From positions 35,694,593 to 35,743,790 of the forward strand of contig NC_069000.1 of the NCBI RefSeq assembly GCF_001194135.2: a DNA stretch of 49,198 nt, written 5' to 3'. A program made the position numbers and the translations under genes. Of this stretch, positions 1 through 12,409 are shown one piece after another. This DNA comes from Octopus bimaculoides. Its lineage: Eukaryota. Below the pieces are notes generated by a model, which saw nothing but the letters and a program-made list of their open reading frames with translations, made no database searches and had not been told where the DNA came from. Within the stretch, counting starts at the first letter, position 1, and each line of letters starts with the position of its first letter.

Positions 1-179
1 TATGTATTGAAAATGAAGGACGACACTTTCAACACCTCCTTATAATTTTTTTAAAAAGTCTTGTAAAGTCTAATATATTCTTTTGTAATAAAATACATAC
101 TGCGGAGGGACGTTTTGAATACCCTGTGTATACGACGGGCCTCTTTCAGTTTCTGTCTATCAAATCCACTCACAAGTTT

Positions 180-370
180 TGAATACCCTGTGGTGAGAAA
201 GTTGTGGTGAAAGAGTACAGCAGGGTTGGCCACCATCCCCTGCCGGAGCCTCGTGGAGCTTTAGGTATTTTCGCTCAATAAACACTCACAACGCCCGGTC
301 TGGGAATCAAAACCTCGATCCTATGACCGCGAGTCCGCTGCCCTAACCACAGGGCCATTGCGCCTCCACT
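180..370 (-). mobile_element. tRNA-head SINE family A, partial copy
   Basis: Reverse complement of the 5' half of the full copy at 7965-8360. Confidence 0.8.
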
Positions 371-426
371 GGGTTATATATACACAATAGGTATCTACTT
401 GATTCATGTCCACCAAAGTTTTCACT

Positions 427-880
427 TTACTTACTTAATGCCTTCCCTCTGTATGAAGTAGAAGCCATCAACAACCTTGAACAGCCTTGATCTTAACTCT
501 GGGCTGTCTTCTCTGCTTCTCTCTAGTTGGATCCCTGCTTTTTCAGCTCTGCCTCAGTATCCCACCTTCAATTATTTTTAGAGCATCCTTTGTTGGTTCC
601 ACCTAAGGGCTTTCCCTAAAAGAAGGCTTTCCTCTGTCAGGTCTTGTTGGTTTTGGATTGACATTAATGCTTCTGTAAGAATAATTTTTTCTAGCAGGGC
701 TGTCGGTCCTACACAAACCCATTTTTACCTCTGGGAAGAGGTGGTCCATATTAGTCTGGCCTCTATCCTTTGACCTGTCCAGTGTGAGGGGCCCTGCCAG
801 GAGCTCACACTCCAATGGTATAGCTGTCAAGCTCATTAAGGCACATAAGCCACCACACAGCAACAAGGGCTGGACCTTGT
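427..880 (-). mobile_element. Degenerate RTE-derived non-autonomous element (5'UTR-like part joined to RT C-terminus and (TAAG)n tail)
   Basis: Minus strand ends in a decayed W-x-E-A-E-K-T-A-Q...VVDG...EG-K-like RTE C-terminus plus TAAGTAAGT. The 5' part resembles RTE 5'UTRs as I recall them. Confidence 0.55.
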
Positions 881-2352
881 AGTGACCACTGAATTTTACT
901 CACAAACTGTTGATCAGCGCAAGGCAACAAACATACACTAAAAATCTACACAAACAAATACATTAAAATATACATTTAATAAAATAATTTAAGCAACATA
1001 TTTAATGCCTTTGTAAAATTTATTTATTAACAAAATATTTTACCTATACCATTGTTTATTTTGGTTACCTTTTAATCCTCCAAATTTTAGAGGTTTATTT
1101 AATAATTTTTTTTTTTTTAGAATTCAAATGATTGTGAAATTAAATTTTAAACCTTTATATAACAAAACAAAACAAAAAATAACAAAAAACAAAAAAATTT
1201 TTAGTACTCCAATATTTCATTTTTGTCTTCTCAATTTTTCTTTTTAAAAAATGGGGATTTGGGGTGAGTTTTTTTGAGGAGTTTATGTTAATGAAACTTC
1301 CAGGTCATGGAACAACACTTTTAAACAGACCCCTGGAAAGATCATGAAATAAAGAAAAAATATATATATATATGTGTATAAAAAACAATGAAAGAATGTG
1401 CCTGGTAGATCTTTTAAAATAATGAAACAGAATTCTTCCTTTGAGTGAAAAATATAAATAAATAAACACTTTTGGAAGGTCAACAAAACATCTGAAACAA
1501 AACAAAAAATGTTTAAATATCTAATAGGTACACTTTCAATGGGTCATGACCAAAATTTCAAGGACCCTCAGCAGGCCCTCATCACATAACAAAGAGTTGC
1601 CTATAGATCAACAAACAGTTGAATGCTTCCCAAGAAGTCACCCATTGAGCATTTGAAGAGTTCCCTGTAAGCCTTTCAATGAAGAAGAGTTCCTGAAAAT
1701 GTCCGAGTAATGGAGACACTCTCAGTTGATAGAATTTTGAGGCAGCATATTTAATATGTCCCCCAGTCTGACACCATCATCACCACCAACATCAAGACTT
1801 TGGGTACATTTTAACAGAATTCACTCTGTTTGCAAGCATTCGGAACAAATTTCCCATTTCTGTCGCCCTTTCTCCACCAACCAGTATTGAAACTTCTCTA
1901 CCAAGTCACCACAAAGTACTGCTCGCATTTCTTTGCTTTTAAGCCATAAAATGAGAAGATACTCTTCAAATCTTTAGCATATCCAGCCATATTCTATCAG
2001 TTTTATGTTCAAACTGGCCAGGTCTCGCCCCTCACACATACACCCTACATTGTCATTCTAAAAATAAACAATCACATCATTGAAGCTATGAGATAATACA
2101 TGATTAATTCAAAACAATGTGAATAAATAAGTATTACATTTGACAATGTTAAAGGGTAAATATAATCAAACAACGAATGATTAAGAAACTTGTAGAATAT
2201 CATCAAATAATGGAATAAACCTCCAAATAATCAAAGACAAGAATAAAATGCAGCTACCTCAAAGCAGAGTATAACAGTGGAAACACCAAAAAATGGACCA
2301 TTCTCTTCTATAGTATTATAGTCTGCTTATGAGGAAAGGACTTATAGTATCA

Positions 2353-2761
2353 TACTCTTTTACTCTTTACTCTTTTACTTGTTTCAGTCTTTTGACTGTG
2401 GCCATGCTGGAGCACCACCTTTAGTCGAGCAAATCGACCCCAGGACTTATTCTTTGGAAGCCTAGTACTTATTCTATCGGTCTCTTTTGCCGAACCGCTA
2501 AGTTACGGGGACAAAAACACACCAGCATCGGTTGTCAAGCGATGTTGGGGGGACAAACACAGACATACAAACACATACACATATGTATACATATATACGA
2601 CAGGCTTCTTTCAGTTTCCGTCTACCAAATCCACTCACAAGGCTTTGGTCGGCCCGAGGCTATAGTAGAAGACACTTGCCCAAGATGCCAAGCAGTGGGA
2701 CTGAACCCGGGACCATGTGGTTGGTAAGCAAGCTACTTACCACACAGCCACTCCTACACCT
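2353..2761 (-). mobile_element. SINE family B (tRNA-like head, central microsatellite, (AAAAGAGT)n-like tail)
   Basis: Near-identical to copies at 12466-12912, 19516-20105, 38878-39236 and 47030-47475; B-box-like GGTTCAGTCCC. Confidence 0.85.
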
Positions 2762-3275
2762 ATCTTCATGAAATTTCAAAATTTCAGCTCAGTTTTGCTA
2801 ATTCTCTCAGATATTTTTTTTTAACTTAATCCTAAGAGAAGGAAGGTACATTGCCATTTTTAGGTCCTCTCAGACTGGTTGGATGAGATGATCTTGTTAA
2901 TGCTTAGAAATTTTAAAATCCCACATTTGTCAGAGAAACAGAAGCAAGGAAGAAATTCCAGAGGATTAGTCTTGGAAAGTTAGGATTGAGTATTGCATGT
3001 TCAGTGTTAGACAGGAGGGGGCATCTGGAAGATGAGGAGGAGAGACAAATAGATAGGTCAGACAGAGAGACTCTACAGTTAGCTCATGCAGAAGATAGGA
3101 CTATTTCTTCAAATATTGCTCTTTTCTAGCAATAATTCATAGTATAAGTTACATCAGAGGTCCCAAACCAACAGGCTGTGGACCAATAGTGGACCACACA
3201 GAAAGGATTTTAACATTTTATCGCTATTTTATTGACTATTGCAATCTGCAGAGTATTTTTGCATTATACATGCAT

Positions 3276-3278
<3 letters not shown>

Positions 3279-3328
<50 letters not shown>
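3279..3328. repeat. (GA)n microsatellite
   Basis: Direct read. Confidence 0.95.
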
Positions 3329-3331
<3 letters not shown>

Positions 3332-4697
3332 AAATTATGTACTTCATTCTGTTTTGTTATGCACGTAATGTCCTTGTCCATGGAAAAAATTGTCGAGCAT
3401 GAAATCAATTTATGAGGTAAAAAAAAGGTTGAGACCAGTGAGTTACATGATTTCAAACTTGCCAACAAGGGAACATGTCCAAGATTGTCACTTAACCTGC
3501 TAGAGATAGCAGTCAAATCTCTCTCTCTCAAATCCCTTACACAGTCTCAGAGAAGAAGGACGTATTGCGTGTTATGCAGTTTTGACTGTGGGGAAAAAAA
3601 AGACAGTATTGTACAGTCACCACAACTAGGACTACTTCAAACATGGAGGTGCTCAATCGGAGATGACCAAGGGTTAAACAACAACAACAACAACAACAAC
3701 ATGATTTAAAGTGTTGATAAAGCAGTGATAATATACAAACAGCAACTTTTCATTAATTAATACTAAGCTAGTAATAATAAATTATTACCAGTAAGATAAA
3801 CAACACACCATTCAAGAAGTACCAGAGATACCAGTTTCAATAATTAGCAATAACTCATTAAAACATAGCTGACATCATCATCATCATCATTTAATGTCCT
3901 TCCTTGATGGCATGGGTTGAACTAATAAGGCAGAGGGTTGCAAAAATCTCCAATATCTGCTTCAGCATAGTTTCTACAACTGAATGCCCTTCCTAACACC
4001 AACCACTTCACAGAGCATACTGTTGTTTTCTTTTTTTTTTTGTGGCACCAGCACTAGTGAGGTCACTAAGTACTCACAAGATAAGACCTACACCCCACAT
4101 CGACTGAGGGAGGTGTATTATTGACATAAGAAGTAGGAGTCACAGAGCTTCCACTGAAGAAAAGCAACTAGAAGTTAATTTAGATCAAACACGCACGCAC
4201 ACACACAGAAACAAGCACATACTCATACACATAAAAGATGAGCTGGCAGAGTCACTAGGGCAGCAAATAGAATGCTGTGCAGTTTTTACTGTTCCTATTC
4301 TCAGCATCGTGAGTTCAAATCCCACTGGATCATTGACTTTCATCTTTTAAGGTTGATAAATTACTGTACCAGTCCAGAGTGGTGGGGTGTTGCAATTGTT
4401 AGAGTATCAGATATCTTGCAAAAGGTTGTTCTGATTTTTGCATTCAGAGTTCAAATTCCACCAAGGGACTCAAATCCTACCAGTGACCAGGGACTCAAAT
4501 CCTACCACCAGACCATGGGACCACAATTAATAACGAAAGCTATAATAGCTTGAGGAGTATTGTGGCTGTTTGCTATTTACATTCAGATGATAATGACAAT
4601 ATATACATACATATAAAATTTGTATATATACAGTGACAAAATGTGAATTCTAATATTTTAGGTGTATAAATTTATTCAAACTTGAAAACTTTATTAA

Positions 4698-5159
4698 CCT
4701 TTTGACACAGACCCACCTGAGACCACACCTGGTTCCATGATTTAAACTTCAAGTTTTGAAGTGATCAACATTAAAACCTTTCACCAAAATTTCATGGTAA
4801 TTTACATTCTAAACACCAGATTAATAAATAATTTCCATTTTTGGTACAAGGCCAGCAATTTCAGGGGCAGGGGTTAAGCTGATAACACTAACTCCAGTAT
4901 TCAACTGGTACTTATTTCATCAACCCCAGAAGGATTAAAGGCAAAGCTAATCACAACAGTATTTGAACTCAGAATGTAAAGATGAACAAAATGTTGCTTA
5001 GCGTTTTATCCAGCAAGCTAACGATTCTGCCAGCTTGCCACATTAAACACCAGATTAATAATGACAAAGTTATTTCATTAATTTGTTTCATTATTTTCAT
5101 TATAAATTGAAACTGAAACAAAAGCAGCATATTCTAATAGCAGTATGATAACAAAAGGG
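4698..5159. mobile_element. piggyBac-like MITE (TTAA flanks, CC(C)TTTTG termini) carrying a nested SINE C at 4828-5043
   Basis: TTAA at 4694-4697 and 5160-5163; 18-bp duplication TAAACACCAGATTAATAA at 4810-4827 and 5044-5061. Confidence 0.7.
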
Positions 5160-5993
5160 TTAAGTGATTTTACCCAATGCAGACTATCACTAGTTTCTTT
5201 GGACTCGTTCCTATGAAACTCATTCTTCCTCACACAATGTCACAAATTCATTTGATAATATCAAAACAAATTCAGACAACATATCATCAGGGTTGCCCTA
5301 TAATCCCATGTACACAGTTTGCACCAGACCACAAGTGTTGCTTTGTTTGTTATTTTTTAAGCTGAGTACTGGCTACAAAACTTTATATCAAATAGTGAAA
5401 TGTGCAAAATTCTTTAAAAGAAATATGGTTAGAGGAGAAGTGGGGTTAAATTACCTATCTCTTTTTGTTGTTGCTATTGTTGTTGATGATGATAATGATG
5501 ATAAAGATGATATCTCCCAATTTGATTTATATATATATATATATATATATATAACAGACTGACAACATAGAGATAGCCACTTAAATCATTGAGCAAAATC
5601 TTAGTTTAACCCTTTAACATTCAGATTACTCTGTCAAATTTAATGCTTATTTATACACATTTGTTCTGAATAAATCATGTATTATTTGATATCTTAGATA
5701 TTTTGATGATGTGATTTTCAGAATGATATTGAAGGGTAGGTGTGGCTAGTTCGAGCATAAAGCAAATACAAAATTTGGGTTGGATATGGGTGCTTTAAAT
5801 ACATCTATAAATTATCCAACATATATATATATATATATATACTTAATTAATTCAATAATAGGATAAAATCTTTTACAAGAATTTATCAAGTAGCTAGCGT
5901 GAAAAAAACCCATAAGGGAAAAATCATTTATTCCTGAACATATACTTATTTATATAAGGGCATTCATGTATAGTAATGCCCTTATATAAATAG

Positions 5994-6048
<55 letters not shown>

Positions 6049-7913
6049 CACAAGGTTCTTTTAGTTTCCATCTACCAAATCTATTCACAAGGCTTTGGTC
6101 GGCCCAAGGCTATAGCAGAAGACACTTGCCCAAAGTGTCGTGTAGTGGACCTGAACCAGGAACCATGTGGTTGGGAAGCAAGCTTCTTACCACACAGCCA
6201 TGCCTTCTTACCGTACAGCCCACCTTCTTTTTTTTTTTTTATTGCTTAGTCAAGAGGGAAGACAAGTGCCCATGAGCCCTTAAAGGGCCTTGCAGATTGG
6301 TGGGAAGGAGGGAGGAAGGTATCATCAAGTCAGAGACCCTTTCCAAATGCTTGCAACAGAGTGAGTTCCATAAAAGGACCAGGTGGTGGTGGTCAAGTGA
6401 GGAACAGGTTATGTTTACCATTGATATAGGACACAGCAGGATTTGAACTCAGAATGCAAAGAGCCAGAACAAACACCACCAGGCATCCTATCTGATGCTC
6501 TAACAATTCCATCAATCTACCATCTTAGACTGAGTACTTTTATTTACCTACCCTAGCAGAAAAAAAGGGCAAAGATGACCTCAGCTTGATTTGAACTCAG
6601 AACACAAAGAATAAATTATTAATACTGGGTACTAAAAGATGTTTAATCCAGCATCTGTGAGCAACAGAAGGAGAAACTGGATGGGGAATGGTCAGTAGTT
6701 TACGCCTATTATGACAGTGTTTGTACATAGATAATTGTTACCTTCATTCATGTAGGTGCAGGTATGGCTGTGTGGCTGAGAAGCTTGCTTTCCAACCATG
6801 TGGTCTTGAGTTTAGTCTCACTTCACAGCACTTTGGACAACTATCCTCTATATAGCCCTGGGCCAACCAAAACCATATAAGTGCATTTGATAGACAGAAA
6901 TTGAAAGAAGCCCATTGTATATGTATGAATGTGTATGTGTGTGTGTGTATGTGTGTGTATGTACCCTTGTTTAAACACCATGTGATGGTTGTAAATGAGT
7001 ATTGTTGTCATACAAATGAGATTTTACATTTCCAGTCTTCAATGAAAAGAAAGAAAAAAAGCCATCCCTAGCTATTGGAAAATATTACCTTGCTTAGAAA
7101 CAGAAGGTTGATGATGGGAAGAGCATCCAACTGTGGAAAAGTGTACCTCAACAAATTCCGTCTAACCCATACAAACATAGAAAGGCAGACATTAAATGAT
7201 GATGATGATGATTCCTGATATCCATGGTGAAGAAACAAAAATTCACATTTTTTCTCAATATCATATTTTCACAATGTATTCTATAATACTAACATCTTCA
7301 AGTTTTGGCACAAGACCAGCAGTTTCAAGGGAGCGGGTAAGTCAACCCCAGTATTCAACTGGTACTTATTTTATCACCCCCCGCCCCAAAAGGAAAGGCA
7401 AAAGTCAAGCTCAGTGGAATTTGAACCCAGGATGTCAAGAGCTGGAAGAAATACCACTAAGTATTTGGTCCAACTCACTAACGATTCAATCAGTTAGCCA
7501 CCTTCCCCGACAACAGTAATTATAGTTATTTTATGCGCAAAATTCTAAGAGAAATAAAGACATTTTCAAACACCTTTTGTTACATGAAACAACAAGAGTT
7601 TCTTTCTCAGAGGAAAAAAAAATGCATAAAATTAATTTTAAACATCAGAGAAATTATTCAAAATCTGACAGAGATGATCAAATACTAACCTAAAGTTGTT
7701 CATTTCTCTGATACTGTTAATATACGAGAAAGGCATGAACAGCACAACAAACCATTTCTAACAAGCTATGACACTCACCAGCTAGAACTTGTACCAATAT
7801 AAAAATTTAATATTATGCTACAACTGCATCAAAAAGTTACAATTTAATCAATGCTGCAAAATTATACGAAGTTACAGTGTAAAACAAAGTTGAGCCTGCA
7901 TAGAATTCTTTAA

Positions 7914-8510
7914 CCCTTAAACTGCAAAATTAAATTTCGTGGTTATTTTTGTAATGATGTTAACTATGTGGAGGCACAATGGTCCAGTGGTTAGGGCAGC
8001 GGATTCGCGGTCATAGGATCGTGGTTTCGATTCCCAGACCGGGCGTTGTGAGTGTTTATTGAGCGAAAACACCTAAAGCTCCACGAGGCTCCGGCAGGGG
8101 ATGGTGGCGAACCCTGCTGTACTCTTCCACCACAACTTTCTCTCACTCTAACTTCCTGTTTCTGTTGTGCCTGTAATTCAAAGGGTCAGCCTTGTCACAC
8201 TGTGTCACACTGAATATCCCTGAGAACTACGTTAAGGGTACATGTGTCTGTGGAGTGCTCAGCCACTTGCACGTTAATTTCACGAGCAGGCTGTTCTGTT
8301 GATCGGATCAACTGGAACCCTTGACGTCGTAAGCGACGGAGTGCCAACAACAACAACAACGATGTTAACAATCAACCAACTAACAGAATTGGTATTTTCA
8401 GCAAGTCACATTGCTTCAATAACTTTGACATAACAGAAAATAGTTTCTAACATGACATTCCTGAACAAAAGATAGATTGGTCTATAAAAATGTTTTTTTG
8501 CAGTTAAGGG
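7914..8510. mobile_element. piggyBac-like MITE (CCCTTAA(A)CTGCAAAA termini) interrupted by SINE A
   Basis: Imperfect inverted termini; TTAA on the left, TAAT on the right. Confidence 0.6.
7965..8360 (+). mobile_element. Full-length tRNA-derived SINE family A with (CAA)n tail
   Basis: A-box-like TGGTCCAGTGG, B-box-like GGTTTCGATTCC, 9-bp TSD GATGTTAAC at 7956-7964 and 8361-8369. Confidence 0.85.
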
Positions 8511-8651
8511 TAATGAAATTTTGAATGGATATATCTGCTTTCTGCAGTAAAAGGGCTTAAAACAAATGTGATTTTCTTTTAAATGATAATGATACCTGTG
8601 CCATTCTTCTTATAGTTTGGAAGATTTCATTTTTAATCATTAGTTATTTTC

Positions 8652-8657
<6 letters not shown>

Positions 8658-8711
<54 letters not shown>
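8658..8711. repeat. (CT)n microsatellite abutting a gap
   Basis: Direct read. Confidence 0.95.
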
Positions 8712-9678
8712 NNNNNNNNNNNNNNNNNNNNNNNNNNNNNNNNNNNNNNNNNNNNNNNNNNNNNNNNNNNNNNNNNNNNNNNNNNNNNNNNNNNNNNNNN
8801 NNNNNNNNNNNNNNNNNNNNNNNNNNNNNNNNNNNNNNNNNNNNNNNNNNNNNNNNNNNNNNNNNNNNNNNNNNNNNNNNNNNNNNNNNNNNNNNNNNNN
8901 NNNNNNNNNNNNNNNNNNNNNNNNNNNNNNNNNNNNNNNNNNNNNNNNNNNNNNNNNNNNNNNNNNNNNNNNNNNNNNNNNNNNNNNNNNNNNNNNNNNN
9001 NNNNNNNNNNNNNNNNNNNNNNNNNNNNNNNNNNNNNNNNNNNNNNNNNNNNNNNNNNNNNNNNNNNNNNNNNNNNNNNNNNNNNNNNNNNNNNNNNNNN
9101 NNNNNNNNNNNNNNNNNNNNNNNNNNNNNNNNNNNNNNNNNNNNNNNNNNNNNNNNNNNNNNNNNNNNNNNNNNNNNNNNNNNNNNNNNNNNNNNNNNNN
9201 NNNNNNNNNNNNNNNNNNNNNNNNNNNNNNNNNNNNNNNNNNNNNNNNNNNNNNNNNNNNNNNNNNNNNNNNNNNNNNNNNNNNNNNNNNNNNNNNNNNN
9301 NNNNNNNNNNNNNNNNNNNNNNNNNNNNNNNNNNNNNNNNNNNNNNNNNNNNNNNNNNNNNNNNNNNNNNNNNNNNNNNNNNNNNNNNNNNNNNNNNNNN
9401 NNNNNNNNNNNNNNNNNNNNNNNNNNGTTAAGAGGGGTTATTTTTATAAAGGCATTAACATTTTTGCTGTTTCATACAAAAACAACCCTACATACACCTA
9501 GCTCTTCCAGGCCCAGTCCACCTAGGAGTAAAATAGGTAATCACAGAGAAGTGCAACATTGTGTACGTCGTGAGAGTGTTTTGTTTAACTTGCAGTGCTG
9601 AGTTCAAATTGTGCTGCCTTGCTGCTGTGTGGGCAAAAAGTTATCAATAGACTGACTCTCATGGCATTGTTAAGATGG

Positions 9679-9717
<39 letters not shown>

Positions 9718-9857
9718 TGATTGAAGGAAAGGAAGAAAGAAAATGAAAATAAAAGAAGAAGGAAATGTTATTCACACACATGAATGCCATAGACAATGAA
9801 ATAAACTTTAGTATATCCTATCCAATGTGCAAAATACTTCTTAGAAACTGATATCAT

Positions 9858-9894
<37 letters not shown>

Positions 9895-9957
9895 AATGGT
9901 CACAAGTATACATATATTTAGACATGCATGTGCATACACACACACACACAAGGTGTG

Positions 9958-11193
9958 AGAGGTATTTGAGGACACTTATTTAACAGCATATTACTCCCTT
10001 TTAAACCAATTACAAGCTCCCTCATGACAGATAAAATGCTAACACAAGAAATGGAAAAGCATGCAGCCTCATAGTTGCTATCTGTGCAAAACAGAGTGAT
10101 ATAGAAACTGCCAACTTTTTAAATGTTGCAAGATTTTTTGTACACAAAATTCAGAATTGGAAGACTCTGGTAGGAATGTTTCAACTGTATTGAAGATAAA
10201 AAAAAAGAAAAACAGTCTAAAATATTCAGACACTATAAGGACAATGTAATCCATCCAATGTGTTCAAAACATTATCAATGATGAGCCCCAAAAAATCAAT
10301 GAGGGCCATCACTAAGAACCTGAGATAAAGGAGTGGACTATGAGAACGTTGGTGCAAGAGAACATTTAATATAAATCCTATGTACTGAGGAGAGGTCAAT
10401 CCATGTCTGTAAAGACATAAGAAAACCATTTAATCTGTGCCAAGAGGTTACTTAACATGGTTAAAAACCCTCACAAACATGGCATGTTTTGGTTCTTCTC
10501 TGATAAAAAATACTTCAATAAAGATCAAGAGTCCAACAGGAGAAATGACAGATGCCTCCAAAGAATGATGCACATTAAGTTTCCAGCAACTGTGATGGTT
10601 TCAGAAGGGGTGAGTGACAAAGGTCATGTCATGCCACCTCACATCTTTCTACAGGCTCTTAGCGTCAATGCTACTGGATACACTGAGGTGCTAGAGACAC
10701 CTCAGTGTATCCAGCAGCATTGACACTGGAGATAGTTGTTAAGTGCTGGATGGATGAAGTACACAATGGAAGGCCATATGTGCTTCACCACAACTCAGCA
10801 CCTTCTCACAAAGACCACATAACCCAAGATATTATGTCAGGCAAACACAATGATTGTGTATCACCAAACTTGTGGCCTCCAAATTCATCAAATTTAAATC
10901 CCATGGAGGACTATATTTGGAGCATTAACTGTAAGGGAGACTAGCCAACATCTTCACAGCACCATAGCTTCCCTGAAGGCTGCCATTGTCCAGGTATTTT
11001 CAAAATGAATATTGACCATTTAATGCAGGCATCTCAATGATTCTGGTCCAGCATTGAAGCGGTCATCAAAGCTGAACGTAGATTCATGGAATAATCTTAC
11101 AAGAAAGCTTATATCGAGAACATGTGTACAATTTTTAATTAAAATACATTTGATTGATTTATTAAGTCAACAAATATGTCCTCAAACACCTCT
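9958..11193 (+). mobile_element. Decayed Tc1/mariner-superfamily transposon, DD37D (maT)-type
   Basis: 17-bp TIRs with 1 mismatch (AGAGGT[A/G]TTTGAGGACA at 9958-9974 and 11177-11193). Frameshifted transposase pieces FFSDK, KFPATVMV, HHNSAPSH and WPPNSSNLNPMEDY, with 37 residues between the degenerate 2nd and 3rd catalytic positions. Confidence 0.85.
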
Positions 11194-12309
11194 TGCATTT
11201 TTTAAGCTTAATTAGCCGTTCCTCCATCCCTCTTTCCCCACACACCACCAACCCTCTGCCAACCCAGACTCATCAATATATTTGTACCCTATCACTTTCC
11301 GATCCCAGACATTCCTCATCCCAAATGTACGTTCGTTGATTGATTGAATCAAAAGAACTAAATGAATTCATAGGTTAAAAGTCTGTTCACAAATATCTTC
11401 TGACATTCTAAGCCAAAAGTATAATCACAAAACACAAGTCTGGTTCATTGAAACATCACACATTAGGAGAATGCGTCATAGCTTTTCACTTTAAAACTCT
11501 TGGTTCCTACTGGTTGGTTTACCATGGCTACTTCTACAGAAGTTTGTGATACTGTGTTAGAGAATGAGTCGATGAGGGGGGACTCTACATGATTGGTTGA
11601 CCTGCTAAATGATGTAGCCCTCAATATACAAAAAGACAAGGTGGTTACTGCTGGAATATCTATGATCATAGGTATGCTCAATCAGGTTTGCCCTGGGGTA
11701 AACAACAATAACAATAGTGTGGTTAGTCTTTGGAATGTCTCACAAAAACAGCAAATTCTGTTGTTTTGAAGACACACACACACAAAAAAATATAAATATA
11801 AATAAATATAGGAGCTGACAATAATTACATTTGAAATGACCTCATATGGAGGAGAAGGAGGAAAAAGAAAAAGAAGATGTAGGAGACATGACGACAAAAA
11901 AAAACGAAATTCTGAATACCAGGAATGGTTCCCTCCTTTGCGTTGTTTTCTCTGTAAGCAGGACAGCAACACACTGTACTGACTGAAGTACAGCCTCTTA
12001 AGAAAGATATTTTTGAGAGAGAGAGAGAAAAGTAAGAGAGATAATATGATACAGAGGCCAAGAGAGAGAGAGAGAGAGAGAGAGAGTAAAAGAGATAATG
12101 TGACACAAGAAAGAGGGGACAATAAGGGCAATAAGAGGAGACTTATAATAGACAATAACAAACATATAAGTCAATACACAAATCAGGGAAGAAGTGTTCT
12201 TTGTAAGGGTGGATTTTTTTTGTTTGTTTTGTTTTTTGTGCATCGTTTTGGAATATTCCTGTGGTTGGCAGAACCAAACAACAATATTTTATAGTCACTT
12301 AAACATCTC

Positions 12310-12409
12310 TTATTCATCTTTCTTCTTCTTCTTTGAATCAGTTTTGACTTTGTCTTCTTCATAAGACATACCATATTCGTTGACTCTGGTCTTATCCACA
12401 GGATATAAC
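12310..12409 (-). CDS. CLPTM1L: CLPTM1L last coding exon (100 nt; [32 protein letters not shown])
   Basis: TTTCTAG acceptor, TAA stop at 12312-12310. Confidence 0.96.

Noticed and set aside
2880-3110. CR1/L2 3' remnant (also 6240-6420)
   Set aside because: Only a faint LWN motif; too decayed to list as a feature.
7965-8040. tRNA gene
   Set aside because: A/B-box-like head continues into a SINE body with tail and TSD; no intact cloverleaf.
1-9950. A second gene downstream of CLPTM1L (e.g. TERT, its vertebrate neighbour)
   Set aside because: No exon-like segment with recognisable protein similarity; the ORFs are repeat-derived or low-complexity. Gap 8712-9426 cannot be assessed.
11463-11681. 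72-aa minus-strand ORF as an extra exon or small protein
   Set aside because: No recognisable motif or convincing splice context; lies in the probable 3'UTR.
11682-12294. Hydrophobic or charged ORFs of 80-160 aa
   Set aside because: Translations of (GA)n/(CT)n in the CLPTM1L 3'UTR.
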